A DNA stretch of 64,000 nt from Pirellulaceae bacterium (GCA_033762315.1 JANRLS010000079.1:11292-75291), one strand, 5' to 3'. Shown: positions 27,224-36,588, counted from the first letter of the stretch. Numbers and translations: made by a program. The notes: generated from the sequence alone by a model not told the origin.

Positions 27224-27796
27224 ATGAAAACGATCGTGCTCCGCGCCTGTCTAGTGGCCATTTGCGGCCTTGCTGTTACGTCCTTCGCCGCCGAGCCGCT
27301 GCGGTCGAGCCTGCAAGTCGGGGAAAAGATTGCCGACATCTTCGAGCCGGTCAACATCACCGGCGAACATGCCGGCGAGCCACACTGCCTGATTTGCGAG
27401 AACGGCTATGCCCCGGTGGCAATGGTGTTTGCCCGCGAGCCGAGCCAGCCGTTGATGAAGCTGATTTCCAAGCTGGACGCGGCGACCGATGCCAACCGGA
27501 AGGACGAAATGGGGAGCTTTGTCGTTTTTCTCAGCGAAAAGGAAGGGCTGGCCGAGCAACTGAAAAGCGCGGCCGAAAAGAACTCCCTCAAGCGGATCGT
27601 ACTGGCGATCGACCAGCCGAGCGGGCCGGAGGGGTTCAAAGTGGCCGCCGATGCCGATGTCACCGTGGTGTTCTATCGCGAGCACGAAGTGCTGGCCAAC
27701 CACGCCTTCCGCAAGGGGGAGCTAAACGACGAATCGCTCGCCAAAGTGGTGGCCGATTTACCCAAACTGCTGGCAAAGAAGGCCAAGACGAAGTAG
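27224..27796 (+). CDS. Secreted hypothetical protein with CxxC motif (possibly thioredoxin-like)
   Basis: RBS-like ggagagg precedes the ATG at 27224. Signal peptide MKTIVLRACLVAICGLAVTSFA. The only Cys pair is HCLIC. The fold assignment is speculative. Confidence 0.6.
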   Translation: MKTIVLRACLVAICGLAVTSFAAEPLRSSLQVGEKIADIFEPVNITGEHAGEPHCLICENGYAPVAMVFAREPSQPLMKLISKLDAATDANRKDEMGSFVVFLSEKEGLAEQLKSAAEKNSLKRIVLAIDQPSGPEGFKVAADADVTVVFYREHEVLANHAFRKGELNDESLAKVVADLPKLLAKKAKTK

Positions 27797-27824
27797 CCGG
27801 CGGCAACGACGGGACTTGGAGGTT

Positions 27825-27905
27825 GAAGCCACGCTTCGCCTCTTTCGTGGGGCGAAGCCACGCTTCGCCTTGAATCAATTCCGGGCGACGAAGCGAGGCT
27901 TCGTC
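27825..27905. terminator. Three tandem GC-rich hairpins (REP-like) between convergent genes; likely bidirectional terminator zone
   Basis: gaagc-cac-gcttc (27825-27837), ggcgaagc-cac-gcttcgcc (27851-27869), gacgaagc-gag-gcttcgtc (27887-27905). Confidence 0.6.
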
Positions 27906-27941
27906 CTACGCGTTGGGGTCCACCACGAAACGCACAATCGG

Positions 27942-28790
27942 CTAATTCCCGGCGACTTTCACGCCGGGAGTGGCTTCTTCGTTGATTGGCTTGGCGTCGG
28001 GCTTTTGGATGGTCACATCCGAGGCAAATACCAGCCGCTCGGTCACTTTGCCGGCGGTGTTGGTATAGACGTGCCCCTTGGCCAAGAGTTGATCGCCGAC
28101 AGCGGCCAGGGTCGGTTCCTTCATGTTGAGGTGGGCGATGGCATCGTCGGTCAAGATGAACCGCGCCTTGGTGATCGCACCGGTGGCGAGCTTAAGCTGC
28201 AACAGGCCGCGGCGGAGGCTAACCACTTGGGCCGTGATCGAAGTGAGCTTGCCGGGGTGAACCTCGCGCGGCTGGAATTTTTCGTCGAGCGTGATGACTT
28301 CCAGCGAATCGAGCTTTTCGACGCCGTTTCCTTTCTCGTCGATCGCGCCGGTAAATCGCACCACGAGGCCGGGTCGGAGCGTTTCGGCCGCGACCTCGCC
28401 GCTGAGCGCCACCCGCGAAACTCCCTTGGGATGCAGCACGATGATCCTCTTTTGGCCGTCCCCTTCGAGAATATCGAGGGTTCCTTTGCCAATGCCGACG
28501 ATCCGCCCGCTGGCGGTTCCTTCGGGCATCGTGTCGATCACGACCCGATTGGCGATGACCGGCGTGGTGATCGATTTGTTCGTGCCTTGGCAAGCATCGA
28601 CCGCCAAGAGGCTCTGAAAGCGCATCTGCAAGTCGGACGATTTGAAAAAGCTCGGCCAGTGCAACTTGCCGTCGGCAGCGACCGGGGGCTTGTCGTCCAC
28701 CACCGGGGCATAGGGGTTGTAGGGCTCGACTTGCCCGAAGACCGGTGCGGCTAGGAATGCAATCACGCAGAACGAAATGGCCAGACGCAT
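27942..28790 (-). CDS. Secreted hypothetical protein
   Basis: Signal peptide MRLAISFCVIAFLAAPVFGQ. No family recognised. Confidence 0.65.
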   Translation of the reverse strand: MRLAISFCVIAFLAAPVFGQVEPYNPYAPVVDDKPPVAADGKLHWPSFFKSSDLQMRFQSLLAVDACQGTNKSITTPVIANRVVIDTMPEGTASGRIVGIGKGTLDILEGDGQKRIIVLHPKGVSRVALSGEVAAETLRPGLVVRFTGAIDEKGNGVEKLDSLEVITLDEKFQPREVHPGKLTSITAQVVSLRRGLLQLKLATGAITKARFILTDDAIAHLNMKEPTLAAVGDQLLAKGHVYTNTAGKVTERLVFASDVTIQKPDAKPINEEATPGVKVAGN

Positions 28791-28901
28791 GTTTCACCAA
28801 ACTAGGAAAGCTGGGCTAAGCGGAAAGCATTCGCTCAACTCCCCAGTTTTACCTAGAGGGACGATGGAAATCGAGTAGCAAATAGCGACGCTACAGCTTT
28901 T

Positions 28902-29990
28902 TTATTCTTCGCAGCCCGCGTGTTCTTCGTATTTTTTCCCTTGCCAAGTGTTCCGGCGCTCAAATTCAGCCGCCAGCGCACGCAACACCCCCGGCTTGTC
29001 GAGGCACCAGGCGGGACCGATGAAATAATCGTCCGGTGCGTCGCCACTGATCCGCTCAACAACCATTTCGGGGGGTATTATTTCCAGAAAATCGACGAGC
29101 ACCGAGATATACTCATCGCGGCCCAGGAGGCGAACCTCGCCCCGCTCCACTTGCTCGGCAAGAGCTGTCCGCTTTACCGCATAGAGATTGTGGATTTTCA
29201 CGGCATCGATGGGGAGCCTCGCGACTTCGCGGGCGGTCGCGAGCATGTCGGCGTGCGATTCGCCCGGCAGGCCGAGCATGATGTGAGCACAAATCTCAAA
29301 GCCCCGGCCCCGGCTGCGCTCGAGAGCGTCGATTGAGGCGTTGTGATGATGCCCCCGATTCATCCAGTCGAGCGAACGGTCGTGCATCGTTTGCAGGCCA
29401 TATTCGACCGAAAGATACGTCTGCTCGGCCAGATTTTGCAGCAGATCGAGTACTTCGTCGGGAACGCAATCGGGGCGGGTGCCGATGGCGAGGCCGACGA
29501 CCTGGGGATGCGATAAGGCCCGTTCATAGAGCGACCGCAACCGCTCGACCGGCGCGTAGGTATTCGTCGCCGGCTGGAAATAGGCGATGAAGCGGTCCAC
29601 ATCGTACCGCGTTTTCAACCGCCGAATGCCGTCGTCCAGTTGCTCCAGCACGTCCATTCGCGGCACGCGGCGGCTGGGACTGAAGCTGCGGTTATCGCAA
29701 AACGTGCAGCCGCCGGTGGCGACCGTGCCATCAACGTTCGGACAGGTAAAACCTGCGTCGAGGCTCACCTTTTGCACCCGCTCGCCAAATCGCCGCCGGA
29801 GGGCGAAATTCAGGTCGAAATAGCGCTTGCCGGCGGTGCGCCAGGGGGGAATCGCGGTATCGCGAGGCTGGTGGCGTCCCTCGGCATCGGAACCGGGCGA
29901 AGCCACCGCCTGGGTTTCGCGGGCGCGAAACGCCAGCCATCCCGGAAATTCCGGCAAATTAACGGCGGATTTCGGTTTTGTTGACGCCAC
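28902..29990 (-). CDS. TIGR01212-type radical SAM protein
   Basis: CPNVDGTVATGGCTFCDN cluster motif and the overall order of family blocks. The N-terminal ~50 aa may be an over-extension. Confidence 0.8.
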   Translation of the reverse strand: MASTKPKSAVNLPEFPGWLAFRARETQAVASPGSDAEGRHQPRDTAIPPWRTAGKRYFDLNFALRRRFGERVQKVSLDAGFTCPNVDGTVATGGCTFCDNRSFSPSRRVPRMDVLEQLDDGIRRLKTRYDVDRFIAYFQPATNTYAPVERLRSLYERALSHPQVVGLAIGTRPDCVPDEVLDLLQNLAEQTYLSVEYGLQTMHDRSLDWMNRGHHHNASIDALERSRGRGFEICAHIMLGLPGESHADMLATAREVARLPIDAVKIHNLYAVKRTALAEQVERGEVRLLGRDEYISVLVDFLEIIPPEMVVERISGDAPDDYFIGPAWCLDKPGVLRALAAEFERRNTWQGKKYEEHAGCEE

Positions 29991-30109
29991 GAAACCCCTC
30001 GGCTAGAGTAGGACAAAGTGTCACGTTTCGGACAGAGAAGAGGGCCCCGCGGCGTGACCGGCCATTGCCATCATAAATTTTGATCTCGGCCCTCTCAAGG
30101 GTCACGCTG

Positions 30110-30568
30110 ATGTACGGAGAGCTCACCCCGCAAGGCGGAGGCGATCCGATCCCGCTTCTCAAGGAGACGCTGCTGATCGGCCGCCGCGAAAGTTGCGACA
30201 TTGTCCTGCGCTTTGGCAATGTCTCGGGCCAGCACTGCCAGTTGTCGCTGGAAAACGGCTACTGGTTCGTGCAGGACATGAACAGTCAGAACGGCGTCAA
30301 AGTGAATGGCGTGAAGGTGGTGCGGAAGCGGCTCGATCCGGGCGCGCTGCTCTCCGTCGCGCGGCACAAGTACACGATTCACTATTCCCCCAAGGATTTG
30401 GGAGCGACCGGTCCGCCGCCGAGCGACGAGGAAGACATTTCGTCCGTGCTTGGCAAGAGCCTGCTCGAAAAGGCGGGCCTGCAGCGGCGTCCCGAAGCGA
30501 GCACCCGCCGCTACGATCCGACGAAAGACGCCCCCGGCCAGATACGCCGCGGCCAGCACGACGATTGA
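30110..30568 (+). CDS. FHA domain protein
   Basis: LLIGRRESCDIVLRFGNVSGQHCQL...QDMNSQNGVKVNG is the FHA signature. Start taken at MYGEL. Confidence 0.8.
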   Translation: MYGELTPQGGGDPIPLLKETLLIGRRESCDIVLRFGNVSGQHCQLSLENGYWFVQDMNSQNGVKVNGVKVVRKRLDPGALLSVARHKYTIHYSPKDLGATGPPPSDEEDISSVLGKSLLEKAGLQRRPEASTRRYDPTKDAPGQIRRGQHDD

Positions 30569-30605
30569 GCCGCCTCGCGCGGGCGCGGCAAGTCGCATTG
30601 ACGCA

Positions 30606-30647
30606 ATAAAAAAGCCCCGGTCAGTTCAGGATGGGCTGACCAGGGCT
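30606..30647 (-). terminator. Intrinsic terminator for the outer-membrane-protein gene
   Basis: 12-bp stem (one C/A mismatch), agccccggtcag/ctgaccagggct. On the minus strand it is followed by TTTTTTATT. Confidence 0.7.
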
Positions 30648-30785
30648 TACGGCGAACACGATGTTGTCGCGGCTTCGGGTTGTCAGTCGGTCATCGTTAC
30701 ATTCGGGGAAATGTCGTTCGCCGCCAGGTGGGCGGTGTCCGCGGGAATGGACACCGCCCGAGTTACGATCGGTCGCATTTCGGCG

Positions 30786-32129
30786 TTACCAGGCAAAGGT
30801 GGCTCCGGCGTAGCCACCGTGCAGGAGCACGCTGCCGCTGGTGTCGTAGTCGCGAATCGTGGGCACATCGGAGAAGTCGGCGGCGAAGTTGTTGGCCGTA
30901 AGGGCAACACCCGTCACGCCAACCACGCGATAACCCATCTGGAAGCTCCAGCAGCTGTTCATCTGGTAGCGCATCCCCAGATCAATCTGGCCAACGGTGG
31001 CGAGCGTGACCTTGTTCTCGCTGATGTTGTAGTCGCCGACGCCGGGCAGGCCGTTGTGCGTGGCATAGCCGCTGGGGCCATACACGCTCTGCCGCATCGA
31101 CGAGTCGTTGCCGTAGATGCCGACCTTGCCGACCCCATACAACGAGAACCGTTCCCCCATGCAGCGGTTGATGCCGCCACCCAATTGGAATCCGAACAGG
31201 TTGTTGGTGGTCTTCACGTCGTAGTGCAATTCGCCGGCGCTGCCGTCGATCACGGTGTCCACGTCGTCGGTGCAGAACATGAAGTTCTCGTTGAAGTTGA
31301 AGTAGCGGAACCCGCCAATCCAACCAAAACCCCACGGCGAGCAGCCGCACGAGGCCGGCCCGCACCCCGCGGCGCCGCAGCCGAAAGGCCCGCCGCAGCC
31401 GCCAGTTCCGAGCAGATTCACTTCCACGCTGTTCACGGTGTAGCTCGACTCGATGTGGTGCAGTTCGGCATCTTCATAGAAAATGAAGGCGGTGCCGGTC
31501 TGGAAGCTATCGCCATAGTCGAGGTTCTGGAACTCAAGGCTGGGCGACGGATCCAAGGCGCCGAGGGCATCGGCACCGTAGAAATTCGCGTGCTGGGTGC
31601 CGGGAAACAGGCCCCAGTACACCACTTCCAGGGCGTTTGCGCCGCCGTTGAAGCAATAGCCCATGCCGATTTCAAAGCCCCCTCCCCATTTGCCTTGCAC
31701 GTCGCTGGTGTTCAGCACGGTCGAGGGATCGGTGTCGATGCTGGTGGGAACATTCGGCACGCTGGCCCGCCCCATGATCAGGCCGTTGGCATAGATATAC
31801 TTGCAGTTGCAGCAGGTTTCGCAGGGAACCGCGCCGCCGCAGCTATCGTAGCCCCCCTTCATCGCGCTCTGATATTCGGGGCTGATGATCGACTGGTCGC
31901 TGGGGCTGGGCTCTTCGCCGCCGGGAGCGACCGGCTGGGTCGGGTCGTTGTACCAGCTCGACGTGCCGGTCGAGCGGGCCGCCGTTTGCGCAACGGGGTA
32001 TTGCGCAGCGGGGGCGACGGGAGGCAGGGGCAACAGAGACGGCACGCCCGCATCCTGGGCGCGCCCGACGCCGGTCAGGGCCGCCAGGCCCAGCACCGCC
32101 GCCACGCTTCTTGCGTAATAGGACCGCAT
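30786..32129 (-). CDS. Putative outer-membrane beta-barrel protein (BBP7-like)
   Basis: Signal peptide MRSYYARSVAAVLGLAALTGVGRAQD. Alternating Gly/aromatic beta-strand pattern. C-terminal ...GATFAW. Cys/Gly-rich inserts. The family name is from memory of planctomycete BBP7 proteins. Confidence 0.6.
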   Translation of the reverse strand: MRSYYARSVAAVLGLAALTGVGRAQDAGVPSLLPLPPVAPAAQYPVAQTAARSTGTSSWYNDPTQPVAPGGEEPSPSDQSIISPEYQSAMKGGYDSCGGAVPCETCCNCKYIYANGLIMGRASVPNVPTSIDTDPSTVLNTSDVQGKWGGGFEIGMGYCFNGGANALEVVYWGLFPGTQHANFYGADALGALDPSPSLEFQNLDYGDSFQTGTAFIFYEDAELHHIESSYTVNSVEVNLLGTGGCGGPFGCGAAGCGPASCGCSPWGFGWIGGFRYFNFNENFMFCTDDVDTVIDGSAGELHYDVKTTNNLFGFQLGGGINRCMGERFSLYGVGKVGIYGNDSSMRQSVYGPSGYATHNGLPGVGDYNISENKVTLATVGQIDLGMRYQMNSCWSFQMGYRVVGVTGVALTANNFAADFSDVPTIRDYDTSGSVLLHGGYAGATFAW

Positions 32130-32703
32130 CGCACACTCCTTACAGGTTCGATCCATCGAATTCGCGGCAGGTCGTCCGTCAACGTGCCGAGGATGGGCTC
32201 TGATTCAACCGTGGGCGGGAACTTCGTGTTCCCTGGGGTGGGCGTCCATTCCGCAAGGCCGCATCCGCGCGGCCGACACTAAAATGCTCCGTGGCAAGTG
32301 TCTGGAATGGTCCATCGGGCAATTCCCGGGCGCGGATCGCTTGCATTTCGCCCCCCGCGACAACTTTTGGCTCGCGGCGGGCAACACCTTCCGCACCCCC
32401 GCGCCAGCCCCTTTGGCCGGACATTCAGCCTGTGCCGAACGTGCCTCGCGGGGGGGCCAGGCGACGATAAGCCCCGCACGAGCGATACATTCGGCAGCCG
32501 GTCGCGCGGGTCGGCTGGCTGGGGGGCAGTTTGCCTTGTAGTTCGCGATTGGCAAGTTTCGCCGAAAAAATGCGGCCCGCAGAGCGGTGTCGAGGACTGC
32601 GGCTCGTGCCGGGAAGGGTGGCTATGTCGTTCGTAGTGGCGGGGGGCGCGCGATCGCGGGCTGGTCAACCGGCGGCGTGAATTTGTCTCCCGCGCAACAA
32701 ACC

Positions 32704-32732
32704 GGGCCGGAGAGGTGGTTCCCCTCCGGCCC
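32704..32732 (-). terminator. GC-rich hairpin just downstream of the Gly-rich protein gene
   Basis: gggccggagagg-tggtt-cccctccggccc (one mismatch). On the minus strand it is followed by GGTTTGTTG, a weak U-tract. Confidence 0.5.
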
Positions 32733-32766
32733 GCATGACGATTCGCCAAGCTCGGAACTTTGCGAC

Positions 32767-33768
32767 CTATCGGCTCACCGCGGTCGCCGGGGCGGCATTA
32801 CCGGTCGGAGCGGGGGCGATCAGTTCCACCTTAACGCTCGTGGCGATCTGTCCGTCGGGCTTGACGATCACCAGTTCCGCCTTCGTCGGCTCGCCGATGC
32901 CCATCAAGGGAAGCGTCAGGTTCACCTGGTCCGGCTTCCATTCGTTCAGTTGGGTGCCTAGCGTCAGCTTTTCCATCACCAGCAGCACCTGGCCGGGCTT
33001 CTCTCCGAGGTCTTTGGCCTGCAAAGTCACGGTCGAGCCGACCGGAACTTGCAGCAGCTTCTCAGCCAGCTTGACCTCGGTCACCGCGGCCTGAGCCGCC
33101 GCCACCACCACCGGCTGCTGGACGACAATCGGCTGGGTCTGATAAATCGGGTAGCAATTGCCGACGGGATAGCACGGATAGCTCGGATAGCAGCCGCCAT
33201 AGTGCGGGCCGCAGCCGATGATGATCGGCGGGAACCAGCAGCCCCCCTTGCCGCCGTTGCCGTTCCCGTTGCCATTACCATTGCCGCCGCCAGGCTGCTG
33301 GCCGCCACCACCGCCAGGTTGTTGACCGCCGCCGCCCCCCGGTTGCTGGCCGCCAATCGTGCCGGGATTGAAAATCGGAATGTTCGGTCCGGGCAGAAGG
33401 CCCCCCAGGCCCGGAATCTTCTGGATGTCCTTCGTCACAACCGCATCCTTCGTGTGCTGGCCGGCCACCCGGCCAACGATCGGGCTCGGATTCAATCCCC
33501 CCAGCCCCTGCAAAATCTGCGGCTTGAACTGGCCGATTTTCGGGCCGTTCGAGTTGCCGTTGTTGCCCGAGTTGCCGCTGTTGCCCAAGTTGCTCCCGAG
33601 TTTGATGTTGCCGGGGATCGTCCGGGTGGACGGCGACCCCTGCGAGAAGATTTTGTTCCCGCCCCCCAGTTGAAAGCCCCGCTTGCCCTCGGCAAAAGCG
33701 GCGCTGACCACGGTTCCCAAGGCGAGCGTGGCGACCACCGCCACGCAAGTTTGCCAGGTGCGTTTCAT
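32767..33768 (-). CDS. Secreted Gly/Asn/Gln-rich low-complexity protein with structured C-terminal domain
   Basis: Signal peptide MKRTWQTCVAVVATLALGTVVSAAFA. QQPGGGGG x3 and GN x5 repeats. Cys/Pro/Tyr-rich linker. Beta-rich C-terminus. Confidence 0.7.
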   Translation of the reverse strand: MKRTWQTCVAVVATLALGTVVSAAFAEGKRGFQLGGGNKIFSQGSPSTRTIPGNIKLGSNLGNSGNSGNNGNSNGPKIGQFKPQILQGLGGLNPSPIVGRVAGQHTKDAVVTKDIQKIPGLGGLLPGPNIPIFNPGTIGGQQPGGGGGQQPGGGGGQQPGGGNGNGNGNGNGGKGGCWFPPIIIGCGPHYGGCYPSYPCYPVGNCYPIYQTQPIVVQQPVVVAAAQAAVTEVKLAEKLLQVPVGSTVTLQAKDLGEKPGQVLLVMEKLTLGTQLNEWKPDQVNLTLPLMGIGEPTKAELVIVKPDGQIATSVKVELIAPAPTGNAAPATAVSR

Positions 33769-33856
33769 CGTAAACCCCTTTCCAATAAGAATTTATGACT
33801 GCGAATCGGCGAGCAATCGCTCGCCCACTATTCAGCGAGGCGCGGCGGCGGGGAGA

Positions 33857-34651
33857 ATGTTACCGGCGTTTTCGAGAATTTCCGTTCACCAGGCAGCGGG
33901 AGTGGCGCACGTGGGGGTTTGGACCGAAGAATTGGTGGGAGGGCATCCGTGCGACCTCTTTCTCCCCAGCCGCCGCAGCCCGCACGGGTATGTCGCGCTC
34001 TATCTGCACGGCGTCCACCTGAACCGCCTGCACGATAAGGGCCCCTTTATCGAGCAATTCGAGCGGCACGGCCTGGCGGTTGTTTGCCCGCACACGCAGC
34101 GCAGCTGGTGGACCGATAAAATCTGCGAAGAATTCGACCGCACCATCTCGGCCGAAAAGCATCTGTTAAAAAACGTGCTGCCGTTCATCGAGCAGCGACT
34201 CGGCGCCAAGCCGCCGCGGATCGGCCTCTTGGGAACCAGCATGGGAGGCCAAGGAGCCTTGCGACTGGCCTATAAACACCCGAATGTGTTCCCCGTTGTC
34301 GCGGCCATTTCGCCGGCCATCGATTTCCATAAGCGCTACAACGAAGGGGACGAGACGATTCCGCAGATGTATCCCGATCCCGAAGCGGCCCGACAAGACA
34401 CGGCCCTGTTGCACATTCACCCGCTGAATTGGCCGCGGAACCAGTTTTTTTGCTGCGACCCGACCGATTACCGCTGGCACGAAAGTGCCGACCGCCTGCG
34501 GATGAAACTCTGGTCGCTCGGCGTCCCTCACGAATGCGACCTTGCAACCACCGGCGGCGGCCACGGCTTCGAGTATTACAACCGCATGGCCGAACGGGCC
34601 GTGGGATACCTGGCGGAAAAACTGGATGAAGAGCGGAGGAGGATTGGGTAG
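33857..34651 (+). CDS. Esterase-family alpha/beta hydrolase
   Basis: ATG at 33857 inside ORF 33683..34651. Nucleophile elbow GTSMGGQGA. Layout is esterase D-like. Confidence 0.75.
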   Translation: MLPAFSRISVHQAAGVAHVGVWTEELVGGHPCDLFLPSRRSPHGYVALYLHGVHLNRLHDKGPFIEQFERHGLAVVCPHTQRSWWTDKICEEFDRTISAEKHLLKNVLPFIEQRLGAKPPRIGLLGTSMGGQGALRLAYKHPNVFPVVAAISPAIDFHKRYNEGDETIPQMYPDPEAARQDTALLHIHPLNWPRNQFFCCDPTDYRWHESADRLRMKLWSLGVPHECDLATTGGGHGFEYYNRMAERAVGYLAEKLDEERRRIG

Positions 34652-35013
34652 CGGCTAGTCGGAGGGACGGGTGCTCGTTTCGGCGGCGCACAGCCGCCCC
34701 AATTTCTTGACCAGACTAGTCACGGGTGGGAAAAAGTTTGGCGCGACTTAGGGCGAGAGGGAGTGGCGTAAGTGGTTGCGGGACAAGAGGCTACGCCGCG
34801 GGGCCGCGACGTAAGTGGTCGAGGCCGCGGAAATCCGCGCGCAAGATCCTTGACGTGTGCATGTTTTTTACAGAGGATAAGACAACTTCTGTTCACATTC
34901 TGGAGGTCCCTGGCGGAGTGCCGCGCCGTGTTCCTATCAGCGAGCGAGAAGTTTCGCGCGACCGCTGCCGGGGGTTCGACCATACCGAGAACCACTCTTA
35001 CGGGTGATAAAAC

Positions 35014-35297
35014 TACCAGGTTTCCAGAAACCCCCCTAGGTGGCCCAAATGGAAACCAGTTCGCCGACTTTGGCCCCTTGGGAGGGGATTCCGACTCTGG
35101 CCAAAGCCTCGCTGCAAACCTTTGCCATTGCAGCAGTTAGGGCGAAAGAGCGGCTCGCGTTCGCTCGTCAGATCGACCAGCCACCGCGAGCGCAGGTTTC
35201 CAGGCAGGCCACTTTCGTGGAAACCAACGGTAACTCGTTGTCCGACAACAGGTTAACAGCGTTTTTCTTGCCAAGCCGGCAAACGTCCGTGGAAACC
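35014..35297 (+). repeat. Non-coding modular element, copy 2 (GGTTTCC / GGAAACC units)
   Basis: Same 22-mer as copy 1 at 35014-35035. Followed by GTGGCCC..GGAAAC. Hairpin GGTTTCCA (35195-35202) / TGGAAACC (35218-35225). GTGGAAACC at 35217 and again at 35289, a 72-nt offset. Confidence 0.7.
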
Positions 35298-35325
35298 AGA
35301 ACGGGCGGCGATTGCCATTCGCGGC

Positions 35326-36396
35326 TCATGAGCTGGCGCGACACGCCGCGAGCAGCTGTGCGGGAACGGCCAGCGATTGGGCACAGTCCGCGAGCTCGCG
35401 CCAGGTGTTGTCGTCGAGCTCGATGCCACGGGCACCGCGCTCAGCGCGGTGGCGGCGCTCGACATCGCCGGGGACGAGAATCTCGGCCGTGGGGTTGGCT
35501 TTCTCCGCGCTTTTGACGAAATCGAGAAAGCGCCGCACGTCGTCCAGAAAATGATCTCCCACCTGAAACACGCACGGATCGAGCAGGATCGAGAGCATCC
35601 CCTGCTCCAGCCGGGTTTTGCCGGGGGCCGAGCAGCCGCCGCCGGTGAGCGCGCCGGCCAGAATTTCGGCGACGATTCCGAGGCCATATCCCTTGTGCCC
35701 GCCAAACGGCAAAATCGCGCCGGGAGGATCGGCATAGAAAACTCGCGGATCGCGGGTCGGGTTGCCCGCCGCGTCGATGATGCACCCCTCCGGCACGGAG
35801 ACTCCCTTGTTGAACGCCACCTTCAGCTTTCCTTCGGCCACCGACGCGGTCGAAATGTCGTAGATAATCGGTTCGCCACCGGCAACCGGAATGCCCGCCG
35901 CCACCGGATTGGCCGACAATCGCCGACTAATGCCGCCGACCGGAGCGACGAGCAGCCCCAGGCCGCTGGTGTTCACGAAGTGCAGCGAAACCAGCCCCGC
36001 GGCGACCGCCATTTCGGCCCAATGGCCAACGCGGCCGACATGCCCGCTATTGCGCAGCGATACGACCGCCACCCCGCCACGGCTGGCCTTTGCGATGCCG
36101 AGTTGAATTGCCTGCTGGGCGATGGATTGCCCCAGACCAAGTTGCCCATCGACGACGGCGAGGGTGTCGTTTTCAAAGAGCACCTTCAGTCGCTGGTTGG
36201 CCAGCACCTTCCCCTCGGCGAGCCAGCGGACATAGGTCGGCGCGCGAATGACGCCGTGCGAATCGTGCCCGGTCAGGTTGGCCTGCACCAAATGGTCGGC
36301 CACGACTTGCGCCTCGTCGGCAGCGCAGCCCGCGGCGGCGAAAATCGCGGTCGTCAGGTTTTGCAGCGGCTGCGGCGGCGCGCGAAAGAAGGACAT
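35326..36396 (-). CDS. Ldh family (malate/L-lactate dehydrogenase type 2) oxidoreductase
   Basis: Start at MSFFRAPP. LTGHDSHGVIRAPTYV and GGHKGYGLG motifs. Confidence 0.85.
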   Translation of the reverse strand: MSFFRAPPQPLQNLTTAIFAAAGCAADEAQVVADHLVQANLTGHDSHGVIRAPTYVRWLAEGKVLANQRLKVLFENDTLAVVDGQLGLGQSIAQQAIQLGIAKASRGGVAVVSLRNSGHVGRVGHWAEMAVAAGLVSLHFVNTSGLGLLVAPVGGISRRLSANPVAAGIPVAGGEPIIYDISTASVAEGKLKVAFNKGVSVPEGCIIDAAGNPTRDPRVFYADPPGAILPFGGHKGYGLGIVAEILAGALTGGGCSAPGKTRLEQGMLSILLDPCVFQVGDHFLDDVRRFLDFVKSAEKANPTAEILVPGDVERRHRAERGARGIELDDNTWRELADCAQSLAVPAQLLAACRASS

Positions 36397-36490
36397 GACG
36401 AAATCCAAGAGCGGGACGGAACCGCGGGACGGATTGCGAAGTATCTTGCCGCGCGAAGTGCATTGGGTCGATAGCCGAATGCCGCAGACC

Positions 36491-36580
36491 CTCACCCCGT
36501 CCCTCTCCCCGAGGGAGAGGGAGAAGATGCGGCAAACGCTCACCCCGGCCCTCTCCCCGAGGGAGAGGGAGAGGGAGAAG
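36491..36580. repeat. Tandem pair of REP-like hairpins CCCTCTCCC-CGA-GGGAGAGGG
   Basis: Perfect 9-bp stems at 36501-36521 and 36549-36569. The flanks ctcaccccg(t/g) repeat with a 48-nt period. Lies between the DUF1501 stop and the Ldh start. Confidence 0.75.
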
Positions 36581-36588
36581 AACGGGGA

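Noticed and set aside
27825-27905. The possibility that the tandem hairpin repeats here and at 36491-36580 form a small CRISPR array
   Set aside because: There are only two or three units of 13-21 nt with irregular short spacers. There are no cas genes and the repeat length is far below CRISPR size, so they are REP or terminator-like.
30450-32282. A 610-codon plus-strand ORF
   Set aside because: It is antisense to the beta-barrel protein gene, which has a signal peptide, a C-terminal aromatic residue and its own terminator.
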